Part shown: one piece after another, positions 22,388-32,103 of the stretch
Position numbering within the stretch: position 1 is the first letter of the stretch
How the letters are laid out: every line of letters begins with the position of its first letter
NCBI GenBank assembly: GCA_022843925.1
Contig: JALHMS010000022.1
Coordinates: forward strand, 19,083-83,082
DNA from: Burkholderiales bacterium
GTDB lineage: Bacteria; Pseudomonadota; Gammaproteobacteria; Burkholderiales; Ga0077523
Direction of reading: 5' to 3'
Length of the DNA stretch: 64,000 nucleotides
Notes under the pieces: generated by a model
Database searches by the model: none
Seen by the model: the letters and a program-made list of their open reading frames with translations, nothing else
What the model was told of the DNA's origin: nothing
Made by a program: the position numbers and the translations under genes

Positions 22388-24070
22388 GTGCCCTACGTGC
22401 CGCCCAGGTGGGTCACGCTCGCCGACGGTGTGACCTACGCGTTCGCTCCGCTGCGCGCATTCGAACGCCAGCGGCGATTGTCCCTTCGCCTTTCCAGACA
22501 TCCGAAACCCCTCGACTACGCGCCGCTGTTCGACGTCCTGCGGTTCGATCAGGCAGTCGAGGAGTTCCGGTTCATCGGCGAAACATTCGATCAGTTCATG
22601 CGGCGGTGGCGGCGCGAGCATCCCGAGGACATGGATCGCCTCGCGGATCACTACCGAGAACTGCCTCAGCGGTTCCCTGCGCTTTTGCGATACCTGCCAC
22701 GGGTGCCGGAGAACCGGTTCGCCCTTGCCGTCGCGAGGGCGCCGTTCATCTCCACCCTGCGAGCCCGGATCGAGTCCTCGGGCACGCGCGCGGCGCCCGC
22801 CGGCCAGTGGCTGGCGACCATCGACGGACTCCGGCAGAAGGGGATCCGAGACGAGATCGGCCAGTCAGGCGTTCGGGAGCGGCTTCGGGCCGTGGGGGCC
22901 GGCGACAAGGTCTCGAACCGGGATCTCGCGCGGCAGGTCGACCTCGCGCATGTGGTGCCGGTGCTCATGGTGGAGTTGGCCCGGGCCTTCGACGCGCGGG
23001 CCGGGTTTCGCGATTGCTGCGAACGCATCGACCTCCGGTTCCTGAAGCGCCACGGGCACATGGGCAGAATCCAGGGCGCCAGGCACGTCATCCGGTACCG
23101 CCATCGCACCTTCGGCTACGCCATCGTGATGTCCCGATTCCCGGGCGATCTCGTGTCCCTGGGCGGCGTCTGGTGGACCGTGCTCGACGAGCGGAAGCGC
23201 TTCCTCGTTCAGCCGCCCGAGGGCTTCGAGAGCGCGGATGCCGCCATGGCCTTCGCCGAAGGCCACATCCGGGAACGCTGCGCCGCCAGCGTCGGGAACA
23301 CCCGTGCCCTCGAGCGCTGGCGGCACGAGGCTCTTCCCGGCGGTGACGACTACGGGGAGATCCTCGTCACGCTCCCCAACGTCACTGACTCGTACTGGGG
23401 AGGACACTTCAGGACGCGCAACGTCCTGGCGCACGTCCGCTGCAGCCTGCGAGTGGACCAAGACGGACGGCGGGTCCTCTTCCTCGACGAAGTCCAGAGC
23501 GACTGGGTCGCCGCGACCACCCCAGCGGCCGACCCCCACCACAAGGTGCCGACGCCGCCATTCCGCTCGGAGTGGGTACTGCTGTGTCTCAAGCTCATGC
23601 TCTGGTGGTCGCACGCGCGCGGCATCGATGGTCTCGCCTGGAGCCCCGCGGACCTGCAGGCGCAGCGCTGGGCCGGGTACGAGCCGCCCATTGCGCTCTA
23701 CGACAAGATCCTCCCGGACGAAGCCGCCCGACTGGCACGCACCCTGGGCCTGTCGGTCCAGTCGATGACGCTGACTGTCCGTGCCGGTCAACGCACCGTC
23801 GAGGGTTACGACGATCGGTGGCGGGTCCTCGACGGCGACGGGAAACAGGTCACTCGCGAGTTCAGACGACAGGCCCAGGCGGAGGTGTTCGCGGACCTGA
23901 CCGACGCTCGGACCGAGTGGGTCGTCCCCGTCATGTGGTTCGACGTGCTTCCGCCGATTCGAGCCGTACCGCTGTTCGGAACGGGGTGCGCACTCGATTG
24001 GTACGCACCGCAGAAAACTCTGCAGGAAGACGTCGGCGATCAACGCCGCGAAGCCAGGCAGTCAACGTGA
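22388..24070 (+). CDS. Hypothetical protein, paralogue 1 (LDEVQSDW domain resembling large polyvalent phage proteins)
   Basis: 560-aa ORF, colinear and highly similar to 53976..55697. Confidence 0.8.
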   Translation: MPYVPPRWVTLADGVTYAFAPLRAFERQRRLSLRLSRHPKPLDYAPLFDVLRFDQAVEEFRFIGETFDQFMRRWRREHPEDMDRLADHYRELPQRFPALLRYLPRVPENRFALAVARAPFISTLRARIESSGTRAAPAGQWLATIDGLRQKGIRDEIGQSGVRERLRAVGAGDKVSNRDLARQVDLAHVVPVLMVELARAFDARAGFRDCCERIDLRFLKRHGHMGRIQGARHVIRYRHRTFGYAIVMSRFPGDLVSLGGVWWTVLDERKRFLVQPPEGFESADAAMAFAEGHIRERCAASVGNTRALERWRHEALPGGDDYGEILVTLPNVTDSYWGGHFRTRNVLAHVRCSLRVDQDGRRVLFLDEVQSDWVAATTPAADPHHKVPTPPFRSEWVLLCLKLMLWWSHARGIDGLAWSPADLQAQRWAGYEPPIALYDKILPDEAARLARTLGLSVQSMTLTVRAGQRTVEGYDDRWRVLDGDGKQVTREFRRQAQAEVFADLTDARTEWVVPVMWFDVLPPIRAVPLFGTGCALDWYAPQKTLQEDVGDQRREARQST

Positions 24071-24283
24071 TCAGTGGATCTGCATCCACAACGGCGGCAG
24101 CGGCGGAAGCAGCAGCGGCGCGGGTAGCGGCGGAGTCTGGCGGCGAGCGTTGCCTCGGCGGCAGCTGATTGCTGCCTGCGTTGATCGATCGGCGGCGGTA
24201 CGCGTACGCACTTGGTGCGCGCCCCAGGAGAGGGTGCGCACCGTACCCTCGGCCCAGTGTGAACGACGAAGACGGGAACGAAT

Positions 24284-25636
24284 GTGATGACGAGGGAAGA
24301 GCTCTACGAGTTGGTTTGGTCGATGCCCATGACCAAGGTCGCCGAGAAGTTCGAGGTGTCGGGCAGCTACCTCGCCCGGGTGTGTGCCGCGCTGCGGGTG
24401 CCCCGTCCGGAGCGCGGCTACTGGGCCAAGCTGGCGGTGGGCAAGGCGTCGCAACGGCCGGCGCTTCCGGAACCGCTGCCGGGTGATCCCGCCGTGTGGT
24501 CCCGGACCGACGCCGAGCTTCCGGCTCCTGCCGTGCCGAAACCCCGCCCAACACGAAGCCCCCGCGCTCCAAGACTTGCCCGCCCCGTGACCGGGACCCA
24601 CGACCTGATCCGCGGCGCGAAGGAGTACTTCCTGGCGAGCCGCAAGGTCGACGAAGCCGAACACTTGAAGCCATACAAGAAGTTGCTGGTCGACGTCACC
24701 GTCTCCCGCTCCGGGCTCGACAAGGCGCTTGGCTTCGCGAACGACCTGTTCAATGCCTTGGAGTCTGCCGGGCACCGAGTGGTCATCGCTCCTCCTGATG
24801 CCCAGTTTCTGCTGGAGCGTGTCCAGGAGAAGGAAGATCCGCCGAAGAAGGCCCCCCGGCAAGATCCCTACGGATACGACCGCCGCTGGTCGCCATACCG
24901 GCCAACAGTTGCCTACGTCGACTCGCTTGCATTCGGATTGGCCATTGTCGAGATGACCGAATCGGTTGCGATGCGGTACGTGAAGGGCAAGTACATCCGG
25001 GAGTCTGACTACGTGTCGCCCAAAGCATCCAGCCGCCATGTCGATCACACCTGGACGACGAGCCGAGATCTGCCCTCCGGTCGCTTGAGGCTGCTCGTCT
25101 ACTCACCGTACAGCGGCGTCTCGTGGTCGACGTCGTTTCAGGAGTCCAAGGCGCGAAGCCTGACCTCGGATATCCCGCAGATCGTGAAAGCAGTCGAGAA
25201 CGCCACTGCGACCGTGGCCGAGCAGCTGCGGGAGGCTGAACGACAGGCCGAGCTCTGGCGGCAGGAGCGACTCGCAGAAGAGGAACGGCGCCGGCAGGAG
25301 GAAGACCGACGGCGCGCAGCTCAGTCCATCAAGGACAGTCGCGACCAGCTCGAACAGGTCATTCAATCCTGGGCGAAGGTTGTCAGCCTGGAGCAGTTCT
25401 TCCAGGGCGTCGAGGATCGGGCGCTGAGCCTTCCCGAAGCGGAACGTCAGGGGGTGCGCGAACGACTCCGGCTCGCCCGGGAGTTCGTCGGCATGCAGGA
25501 CCCTCTGGATTTTTTCCGGGGGTGGAAGACGCCGCTCGAAAGGTACGTGCCGCTGTCGCTGCGTGCCCCGCGCTCGCCAGCCGTCGACGACGCGGAAGGC
25601 GATCAAGAAGACGACGAAGACGCCGGGGAGCGGTGA
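24284..25636 (+). CDS. Hypothetical protein with N-terminal HTH
   Basis: TREELYELVWSMPMTKVA...LARVC....VPRPERGYWAK; C-terminal coiled coil. Confidence 0.75.
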   Translation: MMTREELYELVWSMPMTKVAEKFEVSGSYLARVCAALRVPRPERGYWAKLAVGKASQRPALPEPLPGDPAVWSRTDAELPAPAVPKPRPTRSPRAPRLARPVTGTHDLIRGAKEYFLASRKVDEAEHLKPYKKLLVDVTVSRSGLDKALGFANDLFNALESAGHRVVIAPPDAQFLLERVQEKEDPPKKAPRQDPYGYDRRWSPYRPTVAYVDSLAFGLAIVEMTESVAMRYVKGKYIRESDYVSPKASSRHVDHTWTTSRDLPSGRLRLLVYSPYSGVSWSTSFQESKARSLTSDIPQIVKAVENATATVAEQLREAERQAELWRQERLAEEERRRQEEDRRRAAQSIKDSRDQLEQVIQSWAKVVSLEQFFQGVEDRALSLPEAERQGVRERLRLAREFVGMQDPLDFFRGWKTPLERYVPLSLRAPRSPAVDDAEGDQEDDEDAGER

Positions 25637-25759
25637 GAGCTCTGCGGGGTCAGCGGTCCAACGCCGCCGCCACAGTACGCTGCTGCCCCCATTCGGTCGG
25701 CAGCGAATTCTTCTGGAACCATAGTTGGCTCATGCAGCGGGGCTGCTCGCCGGCCAGGA

Positions 25760-25946
25760 TCGCTTGGATGACGTGGATTGCGCGACAGTGGAATGGGTCG
25801 ACTGGTTCACCCACCGACGTCTCGTGGAACCGATCGGCGACATCCCACCGGCCGAACTGAAGCAGTCGTACTATCGGCAGCAACAGGAGTCGGCCAAGGC
25901 GGCCTGACTCAAACCCGGAGGTCTCAGGGAAACCCGGGGCGATTCA
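25760..25946 (+). mobile_element. IS3-family remnant: transposase C-terminus plus right inverted repeat
   Basis: ATVEWVDWFTHRRLVEPIGDIPPAE...YY motif, then ggaaacccggggcgattca ending in CA. Confidence 0.8.
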
Positions 25947-26022
25947 GTTCCGTGTTCTTCTGATGCCACGAGGTGCCTTCATCTTTGAGTTCCACGACTG
26001 CACCAGCGAGGCCCCTCAATGC

Positions 26023-26787
26023 TTAGGACCGAGCGTATAGCCGATCGATGATCTCGAGCATGTCGGCCGGCAACTTCCCCCTCGCCGTCTCGGCGATTTC
26101 CGCAGGTACACCGAACCTCGCTTCCGCTACCGCACCCGCGATGGCCGCCACGGTGTCGCTGTCACCACCGATCGAGATCGACAGTCTGATGGCGTGCTCG
26201 AAGTTCCGCCCCTCGAGCGCACAGATCAGCGCCTCCGGCACCGTCTCCTGGCAAGTCTCGTTGAAGTGGTAGATCGGGCGGATCTGGTCGGTCGTGCGAT
26301 CCATGTCGTACCCGTGAGTCCGAGCGACGTGATCCCGGATCCTCTCGGCCGACTCGCCCTGCCGCGCGAGGAAGATCGCCTCGGCCGTAGCGACGGCGCC
26401 CTTGATGCCCTCCGGGTGGTTGTGGGTCACGACGGTCACGCGCCGCGCCAGATCCGCCACCTCGGCCACCGATCGGGCGAGCAGGCCGGCGGGCCCTACC
26501 CGCATCGCCGACCCGTTGCCGAAGCTGTCGTACGGCTGAAGGCTGCGCCTGCTGATCCACTGCGCGAACCGGCCACCGTACCCGCGATGGGGATAGCGCT
26601 CGCACCAGTCGAGCAGCACCGGTGCCGGGTCGACATCATCGAGCAGCGCCTGCGCCACGGCGATCGTGCAGACGGTGTCGTCCGTGAAGTCGCTCCGCGG
26701 ATGGAAGAAGGGTTCGAAGTCGGTTCGACGCAGGTTGTCGAACTCGTACACCGATCCGACGATGTCTCCGATGATGGCGCCGATCAT
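26023..26787 (-). CDS. ADP-ribosylglycohydrolase family protein
   Basis: GAIIGDIVGS, TDDT, GNGSAMR, THNHPEG, GGDSDT; start at ATG 26787 overlapping the upstream stop. Confidence 0.92.
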   Translation of the reverse strand: MIGAIIGDIVGSVYEFDNLRRTDFEPFFHPRSDFTDDTVCTIAVAQALLDDVDPAPVLLDWCERYPHRGYGGRFAQWISRRSLQPYDSFGNGSAMRVGPAGLLARSVAEVADLARRVTVVTHNHPEGIKGAVATAEAIFLARQGESAERIRDHVARTHGYDMDRTTDQIRPIYHFNETCQETVPEALICALEGRNFEHAIRLSISIGGDSDTVAAIAGAVAEARFGVPAEIAETARGKLPADMLEIIDRLYARS

Positions 26788-27347
26788 TCCGTCTTCCCTC
26801 CTGCGATTCGAATACGGTCGTGCCGCGCCCACTCGCGCACAAATTGCCTCTGCTCCGGCGTCTGCGGTGATTCCGGATGCCACGCGCGCTTCTTCTCGCT
26901 CACCGTCGCCCAGTGCTCCGCGAGTGTCTGCAGCGCCGACTGTCCTGTCTGACCATGTCGCACGAGCCAGCACCCCACGATCGTGCCGGTACGCCCCACG
27001 CCACCCCAGCAATGGACGTAGGGCGCGACACCGGCCGCGAGAAGTGCATCGATGCGATCGAGAATCCGGTTTGCGTAGGTCGCCGTCTCGGGAATGTCCA
27101 TATCGCAGATCGGCCACCGCTCGTGGGACATCGACTGTTGAAGCCCCGCCGAGGCGGTGGTCAGCAACGGAGCGTAGGGACGAAGCTCGTGCGGCTGGGT
27201 GAGATCGATGAAATGCCGTACGCCGAATTCCCCGATCCGCGCGAGCCGCGGCAGCGCAACACTGTCGCGCTCGGCCCCGGGGTACTCCCCGGCCATGAAC
27301 TGGTCAGGTAGCACCCAGTAGCAGTTGTCGTGAGGGCGAATTGGCAT
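26784..27347 (-). CDS. Dual-specificity/protein-tyrosine phosphatase family protein
   Basis: VHCWGGVGRTG CX5R motif; PQTPEQRQFV. Confidence 0.9.
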   Translation of the reverse strand: MPIRPHDNCYWVLPDQFMAGEYPGAERDSVALPRLARIGEFGVRHFIDLTQPHELRPYAPLLTTASAGLQQSMSHERWPICDMDIPETATYANRILDRIDALLAAGVAPYVHCWGGVGRTGTIVGCWLVRHGQTGQSALQTLAEHWATVSEKKRAWHPESPQTPEQRQFVREWARHDRIRIAGGKTE

Positions 27348-27389
27348 CGGGCGTAAGGTCTCTGGTGAGGCTTCAGTTTATCGAAACTG

Positions 27390-27418
27390 TTGACGCATCC
27401 CGCCTTCCGCGCGAGACT
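27390..27418 (+). promoter_or_regulatory. Putative sigma70 promoter of the SAM-riboswitch operon
   Basis: TTGACG-17 bp-GAGACT, placing +1 near 27424-27425 at the start of aptamer 1. Confidence 0.55.
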
Positions 27419-27424
27419 TCAACT

Positions 27425-27480
27425 GCGCCGATTTGATTTTTCCAGCTTGCGGGCGCCCTACAAATGCCGCTAAAGCGAGA
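27425..27480 (+). ncRNA. SAM-II riboswitch aptamer 1
   Basis: P1 GCGCC/GGCGC, loop GATTTG, CTTGCG pairing with CGC-T-AAAG, ACAAAT linker: canonical SAM-II pseudoknot signature, upstream of metK. Confidence 0.85.
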
Positions 27481-27496
27481 CTCCCGCGAAACCTCC

Positions 27497-27540
27497 GCAG
27501 AGCCCGCTTTGGTGTGTCCCCCAAGCGGGCTTTTGCATTT
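27497..27540 (+). terminator. Intrinsic terminator-like hairpin downstream of aptamer 1
   Basis: AGCCCGCTT (27501-27509)/AAGCGGGCT (27523-27531) followed by TTTGCATTT. Confidence 0.7.
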
Positions 27541-27564
27541 CCGGGCGACGCGCAGGCCACGGCC

Positions 27565-27620
27565 CCCGCCGAGTTGATCGACATCTTGCAGGGCGGGTAA
27601 CAAGTGCTGCTAAAGCGTCG
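27565..27620 (+). ncRNA. SAM-II riboswitch aptamer 2
   Basis: P1 CCCGCC/GGCGGG, loop GAGTTG (variant of GATTTG), CTTGCAG pairing with CTGC-T-AAAG, CGAC/GTCG P2a. Confidence 0.75.
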
Positions 27621-27676
27621 CCGCTCCGCCCGCCCCGGGAGCTGCGCCGATCCCCCCGGGGCAGTGGGAGCACGCC

Positions 27677-27808
27677 ATGCAACACCTCTTCGACAAGCGC
27701 TCGACGGCGACCCTTCGCCGCTTCTGCGACACCCCCTCCAGTCCGACCGCCACACCCGCAGCACCCCTGATGCGCCTCCGCATCCAGGAGAACACCCATG
27801 CCCGCTAG
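27677..27808 (+). CDS. 43-aa leader ORF overlapping the HD gene start
   Basis: GGGAG SD then [43 protein letters not shown]; below the ORF-track cutoff. Confidence 0.4.
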   Translation: MQHLFDKRSTATLRRFCDTPSSPTATPAAPLMRLRIQENTHAR

Positions 27809-28841
27809 CACCGACATGCCGCGCCTCGGCGCCCGGTTCACCGACGCCTTCGCACTCGCGCACGAACTGCATAGCGCCCAGGTCCGGAAAGGTACCGACA
27901 TTCCCTACGTGAGCCATCTGATGGCCGTCGCCGCGATCGTCATCGAACACGGTGGCGACGAGGACGAAGCCATCGCGGCGCTCCTGCACGATGCCGTGGA
28001 GGACTGCGGTGGCTTATCGGTGGCGGAGCGGATCCGCGCTGCCTTCGGTGACCGGGTCGCCAACCTCGTCCTCGAACTGTCGGACTCCTTGGCCGACACG
28101 CGCGACGACACCACCGACAAGGCCGACTGGCAGACGCGGAAGCGCACCTACCTCGCGCACCTGGCCACCGCCTCACCCGCCGCCCTGCGTATCTCCGCCG
28201 CGGACAAACTCCACAACCTGCGCAGCATCGTCGCGGACCTCCGTCGTGAGGGCGACGCGCTCTGGGTCCGATTCAACGCCGGCCGGGACGATCAGCGCTG
28301 GTACTACCACGAGCTGCTGAAAGTGCTGACTGGTCGCGCCCCTGCGGCGCTCGTGGAAGCACTCGCCGAGAGCCTGCAGGATCTCGAAGCCGCCATCGCC
28401 CCCGGCGACCTCGCGAAGGCCATCGCCATCGCGGCCTGCGTCCACATCACCCAGCGCGACAAGGGCGGCGGTGCGTACATCCTCCACCCGCTGCGGGTGA
28501 TGAACGCCCAGACCACCGAGCCCGCCCGCATCGCCGGCGTGCTGCACGACGTCGTGGAAGACGGCATCGGCTGGACGGCGGACCGCCTCGCGCGCGAAGG
28601 CTTCTCCAGCGAAGTCATCGAGGCCGTGCAGCACCTCACCAAGGTGGAGGGCGAGGACTACGACGCCTTCGTCGATCGCGCCGCCAGCAACCCCATCGCG
28701 CGGGCCGTGAAGCGCGCCGACCTCGAGGACAACATGGACCTCCGCCGTCTGGGCACCGTCCGCGAGAAGGACCTCGAGCGCCTCGAGAAGTACCACCGCA
28801 ACTGGCGGAAGCTCGCCGCGTTCTCCGAAGGAGGAATCTGA
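27798..28841 (+). CDS. Tandem double HD-domain protein (RelA/SpoT-hydrolase/Mesh1-like)
   Basis: Domain 1 PYVSHL...ALLHDAVED...ADKLHN; domain 2 YILHP...GVLHDVVED...ADLEDN. Confidence 0.88.
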   Translation: MPASTDMPRLGARFTDAFALAHELHSAQVRKGTDIPYVSHLMAVAAIVIEHGGDEDEAIAALLHDAVEDCGGLSVAERIRAAFGDRVANLVLELSDSLADTRDDTTDKADWQTRKRTYLAHLATASPAALRISAADKLHNLRSIVADLRREGDALWVRFNAGRDDQRWYYHELLKVLTGRAPAALVEALAESLQDLEAAIAPGDLAKAIAIAACVHITQRDKGGGAYILHPLRVMNAQTTEPARIAGVLHDVVEDGIGWTADRLAREGFSSEVIEAVQHLTKVEGEDYDAFVDRAASNPIARAVKRADLEDNMDLRRLGTVREKDLERLEKYHRNWRKLAAFSEGGI

Positions 28842-29998
28842 TGCTCATCCGTGACGGCCTCTTCTCGTCCGAGTCGGTCTCCGAAGGCCACCCGGACAAG
28901 CTCGCCGACCGCGTGTCGGACGCCATCCTCGACGCCTTCCTCGCTGTCGAGCCCGACGCCCGCGTCGCCTGCGAGACCCTGCTGGCCGACGGCCTCGTCG
29001 TCATCGCCGGCGAGTTCAAGACCCGCGACCGCGCGCTCTTCGATCACATCCGCGGCACCGCGCCCGAGATCGCGGCGCGCGTGCTGCGTGCCTCCGGCTA
29101 CGGCCCCGCCTGGATGGGCGTGGACTTCGACCGGCTCGACTTCGTGGTGCGCTTCAATCACCAGTCGCCCCACATCGCCATGGGCGTGGACCGCGCCGAC
29201 GGCGTGCTCGGTGCCGGCGACCAGGGCCTCATGTTCGGCTACGCGTGCGACGACACCCCGGAGCGCATGCCCCTGCCCATCCACCTCGCGCATCGACTCG
29301 TGAAGCGCCAGGCAGAACTGAGGGCGCATGGCGATCTGCCATGGCTGGGCCCCGATGCGAAGTCCCAGGTGAGCGTGCGGTACCGCGACGGCGAGCCCCA
29401 TCACGTGGAGGCCGTCGTGCTCTCCACCCAGCACCACGAGAGCGTCGACATCGACACCGTGCGAGACATCGTTCGCGCACGAATCATCGAACCGGTCATC
29501 CCACCGGAACGTCGCGCCCCCGACATGAAGGTGCTCGTGAACCCCACGGGCCGCTTCACCGTCGGCGGCCCCCACGGCGACACCGGCCTCACCGGCCGCA
29601 AGATCATCGTCGACACCTACGGCGGCGCGGCACCCCACGGCGGGGGCGCGTTCTCGGGGAAGGACCCGTCGAAGGTGGACCGCTCCGCCGCCTACATGGC
29701 GCGCTTCCTCGCCAAGCAGGTGGTGTCCCGTGGATGGGCCAGGAAGTGCCTCGTGCAGCTCGCCTACGCCATCGGCGTGGCCGAGCCGGTGAGCTTCGTC
29801 GTGGAGACGTTCGGCACCGGGAAGAGATCGTCCGAGGACATCACCGCGGCGCTCTCGGCCGAGTTCGATCTCACACCGGCGGGAATCATCCGGCGGCTGG
29901 ATCTGAAGCGACCGATCTACGAGCTCACCACGAACTACGGGCACTTCGGGCGGGAGCTGCCGGAGTTCACGTGGGAGCAGGTGGTGCCCGTGGGCTAA
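28841..29998 (+). CDS. metK: Methionine adenosyltransferase (SAM synthetase), island-borne
   Basis: [23 protein letters not shown] and GGGAFSGKD signatures, [14 protein letters not shown]. Confidence 0.96.
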   Translation: MLIRDGLFSSESVSEGHPDKLADRVSDAILDAFLAVEPDARVACETLLADGLVVIAGEFKTRDRALFDHIRGTAPEIAARVLRASGYGPAWMGVDFDRLDFVVRFNHQSPHIAMGVDRADGVLGAGDQGLMFGYACDDTPERMPLPIHLAHRLVKRQAELRAHGDLPWLGPDAKSQVSVRYRDGEPHHVEAVVLSTQHHESVDIDTVRDIVRARIIEPVIPPERRAPDMKVLVNPTGRFTVGGPHGDTGLTGRKIIVDTYGGAAPHGGGAFSGKDPSKVDRSAAYMARFLAKQVVSRGWARKCLVQLAYAIGVAEPVSFVVETFGTGKRSSEDITAALSAEFDLTPAGIIRRLDLKRPIYELTTNYGHFGRELPEFTWEQVVPVG

Positions 29999-30092
29999 CC
30001 GCAGGGGAAGTGTCGTCGACGTATCCGGAGGCTCACGTGGTGCGCCTCTGGATCCGGATACTCGACCCACTCACTTGCAGGAGATCACCCGC

Positions 30093-30944
30093 ATGAGCAT
30101 CCCCGATCTGTCGGACCACATCGCTCGAGCCGCCGCCCTGATCGCGGAGGCCGACGCCATCCTCGTCACGGCCGGCGCCGGCATCGGCATCGACTCCGGC
30201 CTCCCCGACTTCCGCGGTCCAGGCGGGTTCTGGAGGGCCTATCCGGCGCTCGGCCGACGCAGCCTGGAATTCACCGACATCGCATCCCCTGCCGCCTTCG
30301 ACGCGCTGCCCCGCGTCGCCTGGGGCTTCTACGGCCATCGCCTTGCGCTCTACCGCGCCACGGTGCCCCACGAGGGCTTCCATATCCTGCAGGCCTTCGG
30401 ACAGCGCACGCGGCGCGGGCTGCGCGTCTTCACCTCGAACGTCGACGGGCAGTTCCAGAAGTCCGGCATTCCGGAGGAACACGTCGCCGAATGCCACGGG
30501 TCGATCCACCACCTGCAGTGCCTGGAGAACTGCGGTCGCGCACCATGGACCGCGACCGACCTGACGCCCGACATCGACGAAGCCGCCTGCGAGTGGCGCG
30601 GCGACCTGCCCACCTGCCCGGACTGCGGTGGCCTGGCGCGACCGAACATCCTGATGTTCAGCGACTACGGCTGGACGGGGCGGCGCTACGAAGCAGCGGA
30701 GCTGCGACTGGTGGACTGGGAGGTGAACTCACGGAAGCTCGTCGTGATCGAGATCGGTGCCGGCACGGCGATCCCGTCGGCGCGACGGTTCGGTGAGTCG
30801 ACCGGGCAACCGCTGATTCGGATCAACCCGAGAGAGGGCGCCGTGACTCGGCCGCGAGATGTGCCGTTGCGGCTGGGAGCGCTGGAGGCGTTGCAGCAGA
30901 TCGCGGCTGTACTTGATGAGACGAAAGCAGGGAAGACAACATGA
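30093..30944 (+). CDS. Sir2 family NAD-dependent deacylase
   Basis: GAGIGIDSGLPDFRG, SNVDG, ECHGS, Zn ribbon CxxxC/CxxC, RPNIL; AGGAG SD before ATG 30093. Confidence 0.92.
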   Translation: MSIPDLSDHIARAAALIAEADAILVTAGAGIGIDSGLPDFRGPGGFWRAYPALGRRSLEFTDIASPAAFDALPRVAWGFYGHRLALYRATVPHEGFHILQAFGQRTRRGLRVFTSNVDGQFQKSGIPEEHVAECHGSIHHLQCLENCGRAPWTATDLTPDIDEAACEWRGDLPTCPDCGGLARPNILMFSDYGWTGRRYEAAELRLVDWEVNSRKLVVIEIGAGTAIPSARRFGESTGQPLIRINPREGAVTRPRDVPLRLGALEALQQIAAVLDETKAGKTT

Positions 30945-31705
30945 CCACGACCACCGACGAGATGCCCATCCGGATTCCCGCCGCACTGCTCACTGCCTAC
31001 GCAGCCACCCTCTACGAAATCGACGCGCCCGACGGAACGGCATTGATCCGCATCGGGCAACCCGTTCCGGAGGTGCTGCACGCGTTGACATTCCACTGGG
31101 ACAGGGTCGCCGTCGTCACGGCGTTCAATCCATTCAGCGTGAAGCTCTCGGAGGCGAAGAACCTTCGGCGCCACGAAGTCCTCCGTGGAGCAGTCGCTGC
31201 CGCTGGACACCGGCTGCTCGGCGGTGCCGGGCGCGGCGCCTCAGGGGAGTGGCCGTCAGAGACCAGCCTGGCGATCTTCGACGCAACAGACGACGAGCTC
31301 GACGACTGGATGCTCACCTTCGGCCAGAACGCGATCGTCGTGGCAACGCGCGACGGGAACGCGGCACTGCGGTTGCATCCGCACGAGGTGTCGAGGGTGG
31401 CAGGGGACCCCCATGCCGCGCAACGCAGCGCTGCAAGACTGTGGACCCATGCAGCGGCATCCAAAAACATCACGCTACTGGCGATGGCCCTGCATCCCGA
31501 CGTCGAATACCTCGGACCTGACGCCGACGACGGCGCGGTCGGGCGAACGGCGGTGGTCGATCGGCTGAACCTCGATGTCTTGGCCTCTACCGAGGCGACG
31601 CCAGCGATGCTGGCGTCCTTCCGCATGCGCGAAGGGCAGATCCGCCGGATCGATGGGCGAGAACACGCGCGGCACGGGCCGCACTCCGAGGAGACTCCAG
31701 CATGA
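30941..31705 (+). CDS. DUF3293-like protein with an extra C-terminal domain
   Basis: AY.AT.Y, VTAFNPFS...N...H..L, W.SE.S, FGQNAIV pattern. Confidence 0.7.
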   Translation: MTTTTDEMPIRIPAALLTAYAATLYEIDAPDGTALIRIGQPVPEVLHALTFHWDRVAVVTAFNPFSVKLSEAKNLRRHEVLRGAVAAAGHRLLGGAGRGASGEWPSETSLAIFDATDDELDDWMLTFGQNAIVVATRDGNAALRLHPHEVSRVAGDPHAAQRSAARLWTHAAASKNITLLAMALHPDVEYLGPDADDGAVGRTAVVDRLNLDVLASTEATPAMLASFRMREGQIRRIDGREHARHGPHSEETPA

Positions 31706-32103
31706 GCGACACCGATCGTTTCTATGTCGACCACGTGCAACTCCGCGCCCGTGGCTGGACCCGCACGATGGTCGAGCGGTTCCTCGTGCGGCCAGACCGC
31801 TGGGAGACCGTGAACTACTGGGCGAACTTCAAGGGCAAGGCCACCTACTTCGTCGAGCGTGTGCTGCTGGCCGAGCACAGCCCCGCGTTCAAGCGCGCCT
31901 TCGAAGCATCCGCCCGGCGGCGGCGACTTGCGGTGCAGGCGCTGACCGAGATCGCCACCACCCGGGCGCTCGTGGACGACGACTACCGCGCGTGGCTGAA
32001 GACGGTGACACCCGAGGATGTTCAGCTGATGGTGGCACTCACGGAGGCGGCGCGAGCCTTCGAAGAGGTGCGGGCGCGGGGGTACAGGACGCCGCACAAG
32101 TAG
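31702..32103 (+). CDS. Hypothetical protein, last gene of the operon
   Basis: ATGA coupling, GAGGAG SD; LRARGWTRTMVERFLVRPD. Confidence 0.7.
   Translation: MSDTDRFYVDHVQLRARGWTRTMVERFLVRPDRWETVNYWANFKGKATYFVERVLLAEHSPAFKRAFEASARRRRLAVQALTEIATTRALVDDDYRAWLKTVTPEDVQLMVALTEAARAFEEVRARGYRTPHK

Noticed and set aside
27641-27662. Possible third SAM-II aptamer (ctgcgccgat resembles the start of aptamer 1)
   Set aside because: No GATTT, TTGC or GCTAAA core follows; it is the loop of a GC hairpin
30093-30944. Sir2 as a Thoeris/DSR-type NADase effector
   Set aside because: It has the Zn ribbon and motifs of classical sirtuin deacylases, and no TIR, SLOG or HerA partner is present; NADase activity is not supported by sequence
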